From assembly GCA_011109175.1 (NCBI GenBank), contig RDEW01000020.1:1006703-1070702 (forward strand): a stretch of DNA of 64,000 nucleotides, read 5' to 3'. The stretch comes from Dicyema japonicum. Its lineage: Eukaryota > Animalia > Dicyemida. The position numbers and the translations under genes are program-made. Positions 50,771-61,999 of the stretch are shown here, piece by piece. Below the pieces are notes generated by a model, which saw only the letters and a list, made by a program, of their open reading frames with translations, did no database searches and was not told the origin of the DNA. The first letter of the stretch is position 1; each line of letters opens with the position of its first letter.

Positions 50771-53299
50771 GTCAGCTTTTAATAATGTAATTATCCTTAA
50801 AAATAAGTAGTCATATTTTATATGAGGATTGACTTGGGCCTACCAGCAAATCGTGTATGGAGGGATATTTCATGAAATAAGGTACCCCACACATTGGGTA
50901 ATAAGGATTTTGTGTTACTTCAAACAAAAAAGGAACCAGCTTTTGACAACGGAAGGTACATTTGAATAATTATTGAGATTCTGTGAGGTAACAAAATTTT
51001 TAAGAAGGAAGGGACAGTTAACATGATTGGGTTCACGTAATAAATATTATTTTCAAATGAACGATTCTCCAATTATCATTTTCTTCTTTTCAAAAGAAAA
51101 ATGAATAAGAATAATATCCAAATATCTCTGACCACTGAGGGGGAGGCCCACAAAATACATGTCTTTTTAAACAGGACACTAAAACGACTTTCAGGGTTTG
51201 ACTCGAAGCAAATGTACTAAATGAGGGAAGTTCTGCGTTATGGGATAGGGTTAGATCACATGGAATCCTACCTATAATGAAGGAATGAGTTGAAATACTC
51301 ATTGGGGTTAGCCTTGTTAAAGTTTTTACCGATGTTTACAGTCTTTTGTACTTTTCTGACCGATACCTTCTCAATGGGCGTAAAAATGTCAGTGAAGAAG
51401 TCTTTTTCGAAAATATATTTAAATTTGATGAAAAAGGAATGAGAATGCTCCTTCCGTGAAAAAAAATTCCTGTACTCAGATCGAGATTCAGGTTCTTAGT
51501 GACTTATTTCGAGGCTTTCATACGGAACACAGCTTAATTTACTCAAGGCGAGAAACATGAATGTGGGAGATGTGATATGACTAAATTTCTCTGACTTTGG
51601 TGTCTACACATGTCTTGTCAAACTGAGAAACAAATAAAATTGTTGGAAGGAAATTATTCCAACAGAAAAGGAGTAATACTATAATTTTAGTGCCAGAAAA
51701 TGACAATCAACTGAATTATCCAATGAACTGAAAAAGTAAGTTTAAATTAATTTTGGGAATAACAATAAATACGTGGACTCTAATATTTCGTCGATGGGGT
51801 ATTTGACTTGTATGACTTATAGCCAAAGAAAGTCACCAATAAAGTAAGATTCCTTTTAACCTAACTTTGACAAACCTTATTAACAAGGGAAAGTAAAGAG
51901 GTTATTAATTTGAGGCTTCTTACCACATTTACTGCCTTAGCTTGGACTCTCCTCTGCGACCTCAGACCCCTCTTATGGTTCATTCCGTGCGCCGACATAC
52001 GAGTCAATGATGTCATCTCTTTTAAGGAAGTTATCTTTGAGACATCTCTGATCGACAGTAATAACAAATCTTTGTCCTCATCTAAGGCAATCTTATCCTC
52101 ACTCTCCTAGATTTTTATGAATAGTCCATAGAGAGCGGTGGAATGATCGTAGGTGAAAAAACGTACGCGACTTCATTTTTAAGTCAAGTAAGTCATTATA
52201 AAACAAAAACTGCTAATTAAGTTATAAGAGAATTACTACGAAACTGTAGAGCTTGCCAACCTACTTGTACAGTCTTTCCAAAATATCAAAAAACACTGGG
52301 TTATCTTTAAAGATAAGTCCCAGATACTTTAGTAGGGTTTTTGAAACCTCGAATAAGATTTTGGATAGTTTCGCCAAACTTGCAAATTTTTCTTTCCAAC
52401 AATAGTGGAATCCTTTTCTCGATTATCAACTGACTCGGAATGGCTCATCTACGGGAGATAACCCGTAACTATTGATGACTCACCCTTCCAGGATTCGCAA
52501 CGTAGTCTGGAAGATATTGTATTCCCGATGGCTTCCAATAACCCCCTGTAATCCTCTAACTAACACTGTCAAAAGTGTCATTGGTTTCGATAAGCCAATA
52601 GCTCAATGACAGGATGGCACTCGAAAGAATTTATCTCTTCATTCCACCCGGAAACTATTCATCTCCCTAGCGATGCGCTCTGTATATAACTAGTTAGTAC
52701 GCTACAGTCTGGAGACACAGTCTGAATACTATTCTGAGATTTGACTAGAAAAATAACTATGCTACGAAACCAATTAAGACATATCTAAAAAGCTTTGTGC
52801 ACCACCAGGGCATGACGTAAAAGTAGTGGATCTCTCCGTACTCTTTGTTCTCTCTCAGACCGTTAAGTAAATTACTCAACCATCACAAACTGTTGAATGT
52901 AAAGATAAATGGTTTGCCACAAATCATTTTTACTCTTTGTTCTCTCTCGGACCATTAAGTAGATTACTCAACCATCACAAACTGTTGAATGTAAAGATAA
53001 ATGGTTTGCCACAAATCATTTTATATTTAGTTACGACATTAAGTTCCTTGAATAGTCAAGTGGGTTTGTCTGCATGGTTTTAATCAGTAGCTAAAAATAT
53101 TAGTTTAGAAATCAACTATGCCAGATCTGCTACTAATTAACATGGTGATTTAGTAGTTTCTTATAGGAACACGAGGCGTGTGAATATTCCCGTTTATGGA
53201 AACGTCAGTTTTCTTTCTATCAAAGTGAGTTCTTTGTCGACGGCAACGTTGTTACGTTGTTCTTTGTCGACCTCGATACGTTGTTTTGTTTAATATAGA

Positions 53300-55790
53300 G
53301 AAGTATGTTTCCATGGCCTGATTAGCCGGTGCCATTTCCGAAGCTCTTAGGATATGTCTAAAGAGCTGTCATTTCGCAGAATTAACTTTGTTCCCAATCT
53401 TTGTTGTTTGAGTAATTCTATATAGCTCGTTGTTGGCTATCCTGTTTGGCCAGTAGACTTCCAAAAGATGTCGCAGTTGTTTTCTGCGGAAAGAGTTAAG
53501 GTTTTCCAAGTTTTTGATGGTTAAGCCTCAGGTCCCCGCGTTATAGAGTAAAATTGGTTCGATAAAGGAGTTGTACAACCGAATTCGAAGGGGAGTTTCT
53601 ATGGACTTTCATCGCATCCAGATCGACCACAATTTTTTGAAAGAAGCAACCGCCAGAACTTTCTTGTGAATAACGTCCTCCGAGTCCCCGAGGAGAGAAT
53701 CAACTTTCTTGCATGTTCTCTAGTATTCCTCGTTTCTCGTCATGCAACGGGATATGCTAGTTCTATCCGTTTTGTCTGGGTTTACAACCAGGGACCAGTC
53801 CTCTAAGCCTTGAAAGATCACTTTTAGTATAGTTTCCAGCGTATCCCTATCCCGGCAGACGAAATTACTTCCATCACGTTAGAGAAACAATTCTTTTTCC
53901 GGAGAGGTCTTAGAGCAGCCTCCATGTATATTATGAATAGGAGCGGGGATAACAAGTTTCCCTGTAGTGCGCCGGTGTCGGTTTTAAATCTTGTTGAGTT
54001 GTAATTCCCCACGCGCACTGATAGCGACGTGTTGGAGAGTAAAAATATGATCATACGTAATGCATCCTCGTATAGAATACTCTCCATTACGTGCATTAGC
54101 TTCTTGCGGTTGATAGTGAAGAAAGCACGAGATAAGTCAATTCCAAGGATTGAGATTTCTTCTCTGTGTATCTGTCACATTGCACACATCTACCTGTGGC
54201 TCCATACTACGTCGCTGTCGACCTCTTAGGTCTGAATCCACATTGACTTGGGTTCAAGAATTCTTTTACAGAGCCTGAAATATGATCCAGCACAACAAGA
54301 GAGTATTTTTATCGTATTCATTAGTGTAATTGGTTGTAGGCTGTTTAAATTTTTCTGAATTGAGATCAAGATGCCATTCCCCGCATCAAATGGACTATGA
54401 CATTTGAACGTTCTGTTCAGGACTGTGCAGATTAACTCAGCCTGTCTGGCGCGTATTTCAATAATTCAGCATTTACGTTGTCCGTTCCAGGGGCTCTGCC
54501 ATTCTTGAGCATATCAAAAGCTGGAAAAAAAACTTTGTAATGCGTGATGCATTGATTAAAGTCTCTGGGAATTCCTGCGAACGGTTTTCAGTGTTCAATG
54601 AGATTTAGTCGTCCTTTGTAAAAGGTTGCAATTTTGTTTGCTGATTCCTGGCCGTTGATTATTACTCTGATTCTTTCCGGTCTGGTATTGCGGGATAATT
54701 GTTTAACAGCAGCAAACATCCTTGCACCATGGTTGTACCGTAGCCAGTTATCCAGTGTATACCTTGCTAGTTTCCTCACTCTTCCCTTTATTTTGTATTT
54801 GCTTCTGTTGCGTTCTCTATTAAGAGACTCAGTTTGGCTTGTCGAGTATGATTCAGCTGCAGAATATGCTCTAGAGCTACTGACGACTCGATTAAGAGTC
54901 GGAGTTTCCTTTAGTTTTTTTGACAGTTCTTTTATTTCTTTGTCAAAAGTTCCCTTGAACCTCCTTGGGCGATTTCCCAGTACCATCCCAGCAGCCTGCC
55001 TGACTCTGATAGAAATATTCTTCCATAACAGCCCGGGTGACATATTCGTGTCGACATTTTCCAAGTTTCGATATTTTCTCGCCGTACTTTTTAAGGGTAT
55101 TGTCGGAAGCACATAGAGCCTCCACGGCCAAGGTCCTGCTCCGCGTACATGGTCGCTTAGAGATTCCAAAACGTCGCTTTAGAATGAGACGTGACACTAG
55201 TAGTCTGTGATCACTCAAGGTCACCATGCCACTGAACGTTCGGGAGTCTGTGAGTAGACCCTTCTGTGTTTGCCTGCATAGTATGTAGTCAATTTGGTTA
55301 AATATATGGACTCGATTTCCACAGGAGTCTTTCCTCTGCCTCGTCCACGTCGTAATATGTCGTGCTACAAATGAATAATCCAAATGACTCACAGAAATGT
55401 ATAAGGGCCTCCCCGGACAGATTTCTGATCCCTCGAGAGTGGCTGCCCTTAGCAAGCTGATTCGTCCCGCTTTTTCCCCACTTTTGAATTCCAGTCATTC
55501 GCTATAAAGAGCGTGTAGGAGCTTGACAGGGAGGAGTAAGCCGATGATAAGGACGAGTAGAAATTGTCAAGTTCCTCTGCGTTGGCGGATATTCTCACTG
55601 TGGTCGGTGCATATACAATGATAATCGATAGAGTAGTATTATGGTTGTTTCCGAGGCGTAGTTGGAGGATGGCAATCCTGTCGTTAATACCCCATGCTCT
55701 ATGAGCCACCACAGCTGCGTCCACGCATATAGCGAACCCCATCCCATAATGCCGACAGTCTGACGGTAACAGGAGCAGCCGATACCCGTT
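53300..55790 (-). mobile_element. RTE-clade LINE, EN + RT, degraded
   Basis: EN: GMGFAI, IIVYAPT, NDWNSKVG, NQIDYIL, SDHRLL. RT: LGIDLSRAF, GALQGNLLSPLLFIIYMEAAL. Same family as 27153-28415. Confidence 0.9.
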
Positions 55791-55990
55791 CATTTATTTT
55801 ATTGAACCAAAAAACGACCGTCATATCCAAAATGACAAAATTCAGGTGATCCCAGCTTCCCTCAACAGTCTCCGCATCTTTTCTCTGTGTTCCGACTGCG
55901 TTCATGCATATTTCCGATATGGATGGGGTCCGGATACACGAGCCCTTCGCAGGGGCTATTGTTTCTTCCAGGCCACGTTAGTTTCCTGGA
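55790..55990 (-). mobile_element. LINE 3' end (2A-LINE-related family) truncating the RTE 5' end
   Basis: SEHREKMRRLLREAGIT*, then GACGGTCGTTTTTTGGTTCAATAAAATAAA. Confidence 0.7.
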
Positions 55991-56099
55991 AACAGCATGC
56001 ATATATTCCATATCGTTAGAGGTCAGCACATAAGTGTTGTCTTTTTACGTATGATGTTAGTTCTTTCACATTGAATGATCCAATAGTGAATAGGGAAAT

Positions 56100-56400
56100 T
56101 TAAATGCATGAAGAAGACATCCTGTGCATGAAAGGCACGTCACCACCTAAACCAAGATATCGAATGGTCGAGGGAATGAAAGAAATAGCAGGTCGTATTT
56201 GCAAAACAGGTTATTCCAAACATTTCCTGTTTAAATACTATATTGGACTGGTTGAGTTTGAACCGGAAGAGTACGCTGAGACGGATCTTTATATACATCG
56301 ACTGTTGAGGAGGAATCATGTCCTTGCTAGGTCGGCAAATATAGACCGACTGTACATGATAGGTCTGTAGTAAATGCGAATAAGAGGTTGTTTGAATTAT
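56100..56400 (+). mobile_element. R4-like RT thumb fragment
   Basis: KYYIGLVEFEPEEY..SANIDRLYM parallels 21250-21400. Confidence 0.65.
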
Positions 56401-58049
56401 AATAATGAAATTTGAGTATGAAACAGCAGCATCTGATAAAAAAGTAGCAATCTTAACTGTTGAGGAGTCAGGTAAAACCCATTTAAGTACTATTATCGCA
56501 TATAATGATAGTAAACAGCCCTTCCACTAAAATGTAGTCTCCAATACTCCAATGTTTATGGTAACTTCCTTTAGATCATAAACCAGATCTTTTAGACCAT
56601 CTTGATGTGTCTGAACTTTTCATCAAATTCGCTGTTTAATTTCTTTTGACGATGGATAGGGGAAGGAGCACGAAGTTATCGTCTGCAGTGGTGAATACTT
56701 CGCAGATTAGTAGAATTGATCGTGGGATATAGGTCAAGGTTAACTCCCAAAGTCAGTTTGTGTAAACTACCACCCCAAGCTATTTCCATAATCTATTAAA
56801 TGTCTTCCCAAATCACTAAAGTTTTTACTATCGGAAATACGAACAAAAAAGATTCGATTATTCAGTCATAGTGCATTATTAAAGAGGATGAATGATCTAG
56901 ACTAGTGTTTCTTTTTGAATTAAGTATTTTTAATTATGATATATTTACAAATAAATTTAATTTAAAAAATTTAAATAACAAACAATACAACTTTTGGATG
57001 GACTATTATTATTATTATTATTTAATGGTTTTATTCAAATCCAAAAAATCCATTTAAACCCTTGTCTTTGAAGTGTGATGTGGATATTTCCTCACGAAGC
57101 GATGAAGCTATTAGAACACGCAAAACGCAAGAATACTCAATCACAGGGAAAATCTATTGAATTTTTTTCAAGTCTAAAGCAAAACTATATTATGAGCATC
57201 AACATAAATCATATTAACTATAATTCCATTCGTGCCGCGTTTTTTTGATCTCTGATATTAGTCTCTCCCATCTTTTTTCATTCGATACTAAACTCGCAGA
57301 ATGCTGAGGTCTTCTGCCTGATCCCCCTTCCGTGTGGTCCAATTCGATTTTAATTATCTTAGGCTAAAAAACTCAGTTAATTATTCAATTGAAAAATCTT
57401 ATGCAGATCTGAAGAGCATAGAAATTTCATCAGATCGGTGCAATATAAAAACATTATATTTCAAAAAAAACTTAAAAAATCTGGGATATTAAGTATTCTT
57501 GATTTCTATTTTTTTAATTTTTTTGCCAGAAATTTACTCGTACCTTCAAAATCGTTGCGGAAGCTCAGTCTCAGTTGAATGTGCGATATCTCCTTTGACG
57601 AAAATTCTTACAAAAAATCGAAACTTTAAACTTTTTATTTTTTATAATGCAATTTTTTACAATTAAAAAAAATTTATGCAATTTTTAAATTAAAAATTCC
57701 AATTTTCTGGTTTCTCTGCTAATTAGACTTAAATACATTTTCTATATGATGGGAAAAGCATCACAAACAATTTTTACAGATCGTGCTATTTAATTTTCCT
57801 AATATACGTCCGTTTAAATACATTTTCTATATGACGGGAAAAGCATCACAAACAATTTTTACAGATCGTGCTATTTAATTTTCCTAATATACGTCCGTCT
57901 TTCATGAAACATTTGATAGAGTTTCTGTATGTTAAAGATCAGATGTTATTATGAGAGGCCTAAGAAGAAATCCAATTCATAACAACAGTGAACGATACAG
58001 GATACCGAGGTCATCANCCCCATATTGTTAAAATGAATGCCCTCTTTAT

Positions 58050-58600
58050 TATCGTTGGTGACTATCTCTTCTAAACTTTTACATAACCAGAGAGATTTCA
58101 AAAGTCACATGAATGTTGTTTTCTTTGAAATGTCAATAGCATTCAATAAATTGTGGTACGAAGCACTACCATGCCGTCTGAAATAAAAGCCCCGTTGGAA
58201 CTAATTAGGTGGATTAAGCATCATGGAAAATCAAACTAATAGTTAACTTACATTTCTGACGACTTTTTACCATGATCCGCACTTTTTGTCATGAACCACC
58301 TGTCAAAAACTTCTCCGTCTTTGAGGCGTCTACCGACTACCTTATGGTCTTTATCAAGAAAAGCCGATAGAGCTATCTTCTGTCGTCTACGACGACACGG
58401 AGCATCCAGAAGTCTTCCATGGCCACGCTTGTGGTGGTTCCCAAATGGAAATTCTTATTCATGCATATTACGCCCTAATCTCTGATGCGTCCAAGTCAAG
58501 AAAATTGACAATTACACCAAAGACTTGAAAACTCTTAAAACCTAAGAATACAAAAACCATCATTAACTATAAACGTGAAAATAGGATTCTTTTGGGAACG
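58050..58600 (+). mobile_element. Jockey-like RT remnant
   Basis: VVFFEMSIAFNKLWYEAL resembles D..KAFDKVWH.GL; heavily decayed. Confidence 0.5.
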
Positions 58601-59018
58601 AACACTTTCTAAAGCTATCCACTCCTTCAACTGTGCAGTACACTTCTTGTGAATTGTCCTATTACTGACAATAAGGATTTTATCTTTTGTACATTTAAAT
58701 TACTAATCAACTGATTTCTGGGAGAATTCATTTTTGTTTATTACTTTACTGTTATCGCCGGTTTCCTTCACTTGAAAGGAGTGGCGCCAAAAAATAATAA
58801 TTCCATGTTACCTACGATGGATGTATGATTTTGATTTCTATAATGTATTCGAATGAGATGCATCGACCAACTGGACTCATTTAGTTAGTCATTATTTTAT
58901 TAACTACAGTCTTGCACTTTTGGTAAGACCAGCACAAACATTCATAAATAATCAAAGGAAAGAACCCAAAGAAGAGCGTCTGCTTTTGCCGAACAAATCC
59001 TTACTCTAATAGTCCATN

Positions 59019-59243
59019 TGATCCACCTGTCTAGGTGACGCCCAGTGCCAGGCCGGCATGAAAAAGGATCATTTGCTCTTCCCCACTCCACTGGAGGGGT
59101 TTCCACAACTGCATGTAATGGACGTTTTCCCCTTTATGCTGATTCCGGATGGACTCTGTTTTTGTAGAAGTGGAAACTGGATGCACTTAATTAATTGTTT
59201 ACTTTAACTTTTTTCTCGGTGTACCAGGGGTTAATAAATAAAA
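59019..59243 (+). mobile_element. Structured SINE-like element, divergent subfamily, copy E
   Basis: Core TGATCC-ACCT-GTCT-AGGT-GACGCC-CA-GTGCC-AGGCC-GGCAT-GAAAAA-GGATCA. The tail CTCGGTGTACCAGGGGTTAATAAATAA matches the LINE tail at 25585-25615. Confidence 0.65.
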
Positions 59244-59370
59244 CGTATAAGTAAGCAGCAAGCTTCCTCAAGAAATTCGGATGCATGGCTTTTCTCAGGA
59301 CTCACAATGAGTGTGAATCGCAATAGCTCATACAGTTAGTTTCCATAGCGATCCAGAGGAGAAACTCTTA

Positions 59371-60141
59371 GAAAGTGATTTATGTTTAGTTAAGAAACAA
59401 TAAATTAGAATTATAAAGTGCTTCGATGTAGGCATATCAAACCATACCGGTGTTTCATTCATAACTCCAATTTGAGATAAGTCATATTGTTCTTTTTTTT
59501 CTCACCTTGATTACGATGGATTGAAAGAGAGTTATTTTTTTCTCTAAATCTTCAGGCAGNAGAAAGTGATTTATTTTTAGTTTAGAAACAATAAATTAGA
59601 ATTATAAAGTGCTTCGATGTAGGCATAACAAACAATACCGGTGTTTCATTCATATTTTCAATTAGCGATAAGTCATATTGTTCTTTTTTTCTCATCTTGA
59701 TTACGATGGATTGAAAGAGAGTTATCTTTTCCTCTAAATCTTCAGACAGTTTCTGAGCAAGTTTAGTTCTTTGTCGTAGCACAAAGTCATTTCTCTTTAA
59801 AAACCGTGAATCGGTAATCTTGCTGTGTTTGGCACAAGCCTAAGCTTGCAGACGAATCATAGTTCTTGTGACGACGAACCCACACTTTCGTTGCTCTGCG
59901 ACCCAGCATTCAAGTTCTTGTTCAAGTGCTGGCCACTGGCAGCTTTTCCTTGTATTAGCACATTTGTTTTTTGGCATCACTTCTAGCTGTGTTGCATTAC
60001 GTTTCCAATTTCTTACTAGTTTCTCATTTACGCCAAACGTTCCAGAGTCAGCACAGTTATTAATTTCCTCGCCAAAGTTTACAACCTGCAGTTTAAACTT
60101 GGCAGAGTACTTCATTCGTTTAGACATGGGTAAGTACAGTC
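59371..60141 (-). mobile_element. POGK/pogo-like transposase 5' fragment
   Basis: Brinker-like YSAKFKLQVV..FGVNEKLVRNWK, HTH WPALEQELECWV..RTMIRLQA, and DDE start ENMNETPV. Confidence 0.8.
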
Positions 60142-60176
60142 NNNNNNNNNNNNNNNNNNNNNNNNNNNNNNNNNNN

Positions 60177-61099
60177 TTTTTACACTTGACTGATCGTAAC
60201 CCAGACCAACCTATAACATGTCATGTGATTACATGTCTTCCTGGCATGATTTTTTAAAAGTACAAAGGAACAAAAGTTAAATGGATCACTTATCTCCACC
60301 GTTTTTATGACCATGAGTTTCTGGTCAATGAGATCATTGCATGTGTTAGTTACTTTCAGCAAGTTCTTTCTTTCAGGTTGAAGCGTATAAATGCTTTTGA
60401 AACAGACTGGATCACTTTCAAATATCCATGTAATATCTTGGATCTAATTGTACATAGTTCTAACTTATAGAAAATTAAACTGACCATTACAAAAGAAATC
60501 AAAAAGGAGTCGATAAGAAAATCAATCATCTACCATTTGAGTAGATGTTTACTAATGTCACTGGTATTAAGATCTACCACATTCCCAAAGCAAATAAGCA
60601 ATTTCCATCGAGCATGGGTACTAGTTTTATGAGATTTTAAGATACAATCGATACTAAAGGCTTGCTAGTTCAAGAACAGTGTTAATTCCATCAAATTTGG
60701 AAGTGATAACGCCAATCACATTTTTAGACAAAATTAAATTTTCATTTTCTTCAGAAAAAAGGGAGGGGGAGATGTCAAGGTCTTCCATTTCATTTTTTTC
60801 TCCAAAAAGGGGGACCAATGTCAAGGTCGCCCTTTTTTGTCCCTTACAACATTAATCACGTTTTTAGATAAAATTAAAAATTTTGTTTTTCCTCTGAAAA
60901 AAAAGACCGATGTCAAGGTCGCCATTTTTTGTCCCTTGGAACCCCAGTCTCACGATGATTTAGAGTCATAAGTGGGCACTATAACTGCTTAGGTGGTACA
61001 ATAAGTGCTTAGGGGGTACTTTAATGCACGAGTAATTTTACATCTTAGATAAAGTGAGTTCTGCCTAAGCTGAGGTTTAATAATAAAAGCATACTACTC
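60177..61099. repeat. Unclassified ~0.9-kb dispersed repeat, copy 2
   Basis: Collinear with 40463-41360; both copies stop matching at GCATACTACTC. Confidence 0.85.
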
Positions 61100-61379
61100 T
61101 GACCTTCCTCTCTTTGAAGCAGCGATATTTGTCAAGGTCCAGAAATAGCTGGTGCCTTTTCGATCAGTCATTAAAAGCCATGGCGTTTAAGGTGAGGGTA
61201 GAAAATTAAGAATCATTAAAACACGCATTTGACATGAGTGCAAGAGAGGGACGTCACCGACTCAACCAAAAAACTATAATAAAAAGATAAAAAACTTCAT
61301 TAATAAATACCCACAGATCCCCAACTTTATATTAAATAAAATATTTTATTTAAACTTGTTAGCAAAACTTGAAATGGCG

Positions 61380-61830
61380 CACTGTTAGAGTACCAGACAG
61401 AATTGAGATACTTTTTTCTTAGATTCTCTCTGCTACCCATTCCAGCTAAAAATTCAATGCACCTACGTTGTTTCTTGGCTTGACAAGTGTCGCTGTTATC
61501 AATGATAACTCACTATGGAAAATCTCGCATCTCAGGCATGCGTCCAGATATAGCTTGATTGCCTGTCCAGGGGGATGTTCAGCAGACTTCGGCATCTTAG
61601 GAAGTCTCGGTGACGTTCCGTAAAATATTCCATGAAAAGAGGACGTTTAGTTTTATCCGTAGTAATTCTTTCGACGATCTCGATAATATTTTGATACATT
61701 TGTTTTGTAACACTTCCAGCTTGCTATGTGCCGATAGTGATTGTGAGGCTATACATGAAGCACAGTCATACTCGATAATCGGTAGAAAAAATTTTTTATA
61801 TAGAAATTCCACCGATGGGAGGGAAGTTAC
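61380..61830 (-). mobile_element. LINE RT thumb fragment
   Basis: LYKKFFLPIIEYDC..LEVLQNKCIK. Confidence 0.55.
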
Positions 61831-61999
61831 TTGAAATTGTGTAAAAACGTGGAGAATTCCAATTTTCTTGTAGATCTTCGATAATTATTGTAATTAATTT
61901 TTTTAATTTTAATTAATTAAAAAAAAACATTTTTTTTAATTTGAATAAACACCGGGTAAATAATTTGTTAAGTAGTTGAAAGCTCATTACCAGAAGTTA

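Noticed and set aside
50800-51500. Helitron or Penelope remnant
   Set aside because: Only weak single-motif resemblances, with no helicase, HUH or GIY-YIG motif set.
57003-57021. (TAT)n microsatellite as a functional element
   Set aside because: Short, in AT-rich DNA, and similar to LINE tails; no further signal.
1222-59745. Tandem direct repeats as CRISPR-like or biological arrays
   Set aside because: Only two units each, no spacers, frequent N at the junction, and a eukaryotic context; consistent with assembly artefacts.
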